A DNA stretch of 56,488 bases from Nanobdellota archaeon (GTDB lineage Archaea; Nanobdellota; Nanobdellia; Woesearchaeales; GCA-2686295): the NCBI GenBank assembly GCA_018819065.1, contig JAHJQL010000062.1:1-56488 (forward strand). The letters run 5' to 3'. The position numbers and the translations under genes are program-made. This document shows, piece by piece, positions 55,305-56,488 of this stretch; the first letter of the stretch is position 1; the number at the start of each line of letters is the position of its first letter. The notes beneath the pieces are model-generated. The model did not search any database. It had not been told where the DNA came from and worked only from the letters and a program-made list of their open reading frames with translations.

Positions 55305-56312
55305 ATGAAAGAAGAAAAAATAAAAGAAGAAAAAACTCAAGAAGTCCAAATTACAAAAAAAGAACCAAAACAAACTCAAAAAAAAGAAAAAATAATAGAA
55401 GACCTGCCAGGCGTTGGCGCAGCAACCGCTGAGAAGCTCAGAGCCGTAGGCTATGACAACTTCTTAAAAATAGCAGTCTCATCTCCTGGAGAACTCATAG
55501 AAATTGCAGGTGTTGGCGAACCAGTTGCAAGAAAGATGATTCAAGCTGCAAGAGACAGCCTTGAAATGGGCTTTCAAACAGGCGCAGACCTTCTAAAAAA
55601 GAGAGAAACACTAATCAGGATAACTACTGGAAGCAAGAACTTTGATGATATAATGGGTGGAGGGTTTGAAACGTGTGCCATTACTGAATGCTTTGGAGCG
55701 TATGGAAGCTCAAAGACACAAATAGCGCATCAATTAGCAGTCAACTGCCAAGCAAAAGACCCTGACGCAGTAGCAGTTTACATAGACACAGAAAACACAT
55801 TCAGGCCTGAAAGGATAAAGCAAATGGCAGAAGGACAAAAATTAAACCCTGAAAAAATACTTAAAAACGTAAAAGTTGCACGAGCCTTCAACTCTGACCA
55901 CCAAATGCTGCTCGCAGAAAAAGTAGAGAGCTTAATAAAGCAAGGTATGAAAGTGCAAGTCTTGATTGTTGATTCTTTAACAGCTCATTTCAGAGCAGAA
56001 TTCATTGGAAGAGGAACACTCGCCGAACGTCAACAAAAACTAAATAAGCACATGCACACACTCGCAAAGCTTGCAGACATGTATAATTTATGTGTATACG
56101 TCACTAACCAAGTAATGTCAAAACCAGACCAGTTCTTTGGTGACCCAACAGAAGCAATTGGCGGACACGTAGTTGCCCACAACAGCACGTTTAGGATTTA
56201 TCTGAGGCGTGGAAAGAAAGGAACAAGAGTTGCAAAGCTTGTAGACGCGCCAAATCTTCCAGATGCAGAAGCGATATTTAACATCAACGATTCTGGACTA
56301 AGCGACTTATAA
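55305..56312 (+). CDS. radA: DNA repair and recombination protein RadA
   Basis: 335 aa. K/E-rich ~30-aa N-terminal tip, HhH (DLPGVGAATAEKLRAVGY), Walker A (GAYGSSKTQ), Walker B (VLIVDSL), then ...GGHVVAHNSTFRIYLRRGK. Confidence 0.95.
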   Translation: MKEEKIKEEKTQEVQITKKEPKQTQKKEKIIEDLPGVGAATAEKLRAVGYDNFLKIAVSSPGELIEIAGVGEPVARKMIQAARDSLEMGFQTGADLLKKRETLIRITTGSKNFDDIMGGGFETCAITECFGAYGSSKTQIAHQLAVNCQAKDPDAVAVYIDTENTFRPERIKQMAEGQKLNPEKILKNVKVARAFNSDHQMLLAEKVESLIKQGMKVQVLIVDSLTAHFRAEFIGRGTLAERQQKLNKHMHTLAKLADMYNLCVYVTNQVMSKPDQFFGDPTEAIGGHVVAHNSTFRIYLRRGKKGTRVAKLVDAPNLPDAEAIFNINDSGLSDL

Positions 56313-56353
56313 AAATAAATAATTTATTTTTTCTATTTTTAGTTAAAAATTAG

Positions 56354-56488
56354 TCAAGTACATAAGTAATGGGACAAGTTGAGTTTAAAAAGATGGTTGT
56401 CTAAAAATTGTTCTATGGCTTCTTGCATATCTTCTATTTTTTTGTAATGTGTTGAATTTGTAACGTTTGCACGAGTTATTTTCCAGCA
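56354..56488 (-). CDS. partial CDS (C-terminal 44 codons), possibly an IS630/Tc1-like DDE transposase end
   Basis: The minus frame is open from the window edge: CWKITRANVTNSTHYKKIEDMQEAIEQFLDNHLFKLNLSHYLCT*. The W..[IL]...V.N..[FY]....[ED]...AI..FL pattern resembles transposase C-termini. The evidence is weak and the ORF is truncated. Confidence 0.35.
   Translation of the reverse strand, partial: CWKITRANVTNSTHYKKIEDMQEAIEQFLDNHLFKLNLSHYLCT

Overview
This is an AT-rich archaeal chromosome segment. The marker set is archaeal: Rpp21, Bud32, RpoN/RpoD, L18e, RadA, RPA, an archaeal-type LeuRS, an archaeal-type SRP RNA and an intron-containing tRNA. The gene style suggests a small-genome, DPANN-like organism, but that is inference only. 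Positions 1-22 kb hold housekeeping genes: rnp4, bud32, a membrane-anchored Lon-type protease domain, a PLD-family lipoprotein, carA-carB, a Nudix gene broken by one in-frame TGA, a presenilin-like protease, SRP RNA and leuS. They also hold the conserved operon S13-S4-S11-RpoD-[tRNA-Leu]-L18e-L13-S9-RpoN on the minus strand. Positions 22.1-52.2 kb form a roughly 30-kb, single-strand cell-surface island. It starts with three consecutive giant exported proteins (1094, 2510 and 1957 aa) that are extremely Cys-rich, sequon-rich and built from repeated modules. These are followed by 18 tightly packed small or medium ORFs, 16 of which start with an archaeal class III (type IV pilin-like) signal. The small ORFs include a tandem array of four 6-Cys mini-pilins. 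The last gene fuses a pilin-like N-terminus to lytic transglycosylase, TPM and NlpC/P60 domains. No assembly ATPase, platform protein or prepilin peptidase is visible in the window. I consider this island the candidate novel system, possibly a host-attachment and wall-breaching appendage. Positions 52.2-56.5 kb hold RPA, a YdjM-like hydrolase, a DAG-kinase-family lipid kinase, a small possibly PC4-like protein, radA and a truncated transposase-like ORF at the edge. All family calls come from motifs read by eye. No database search was run.
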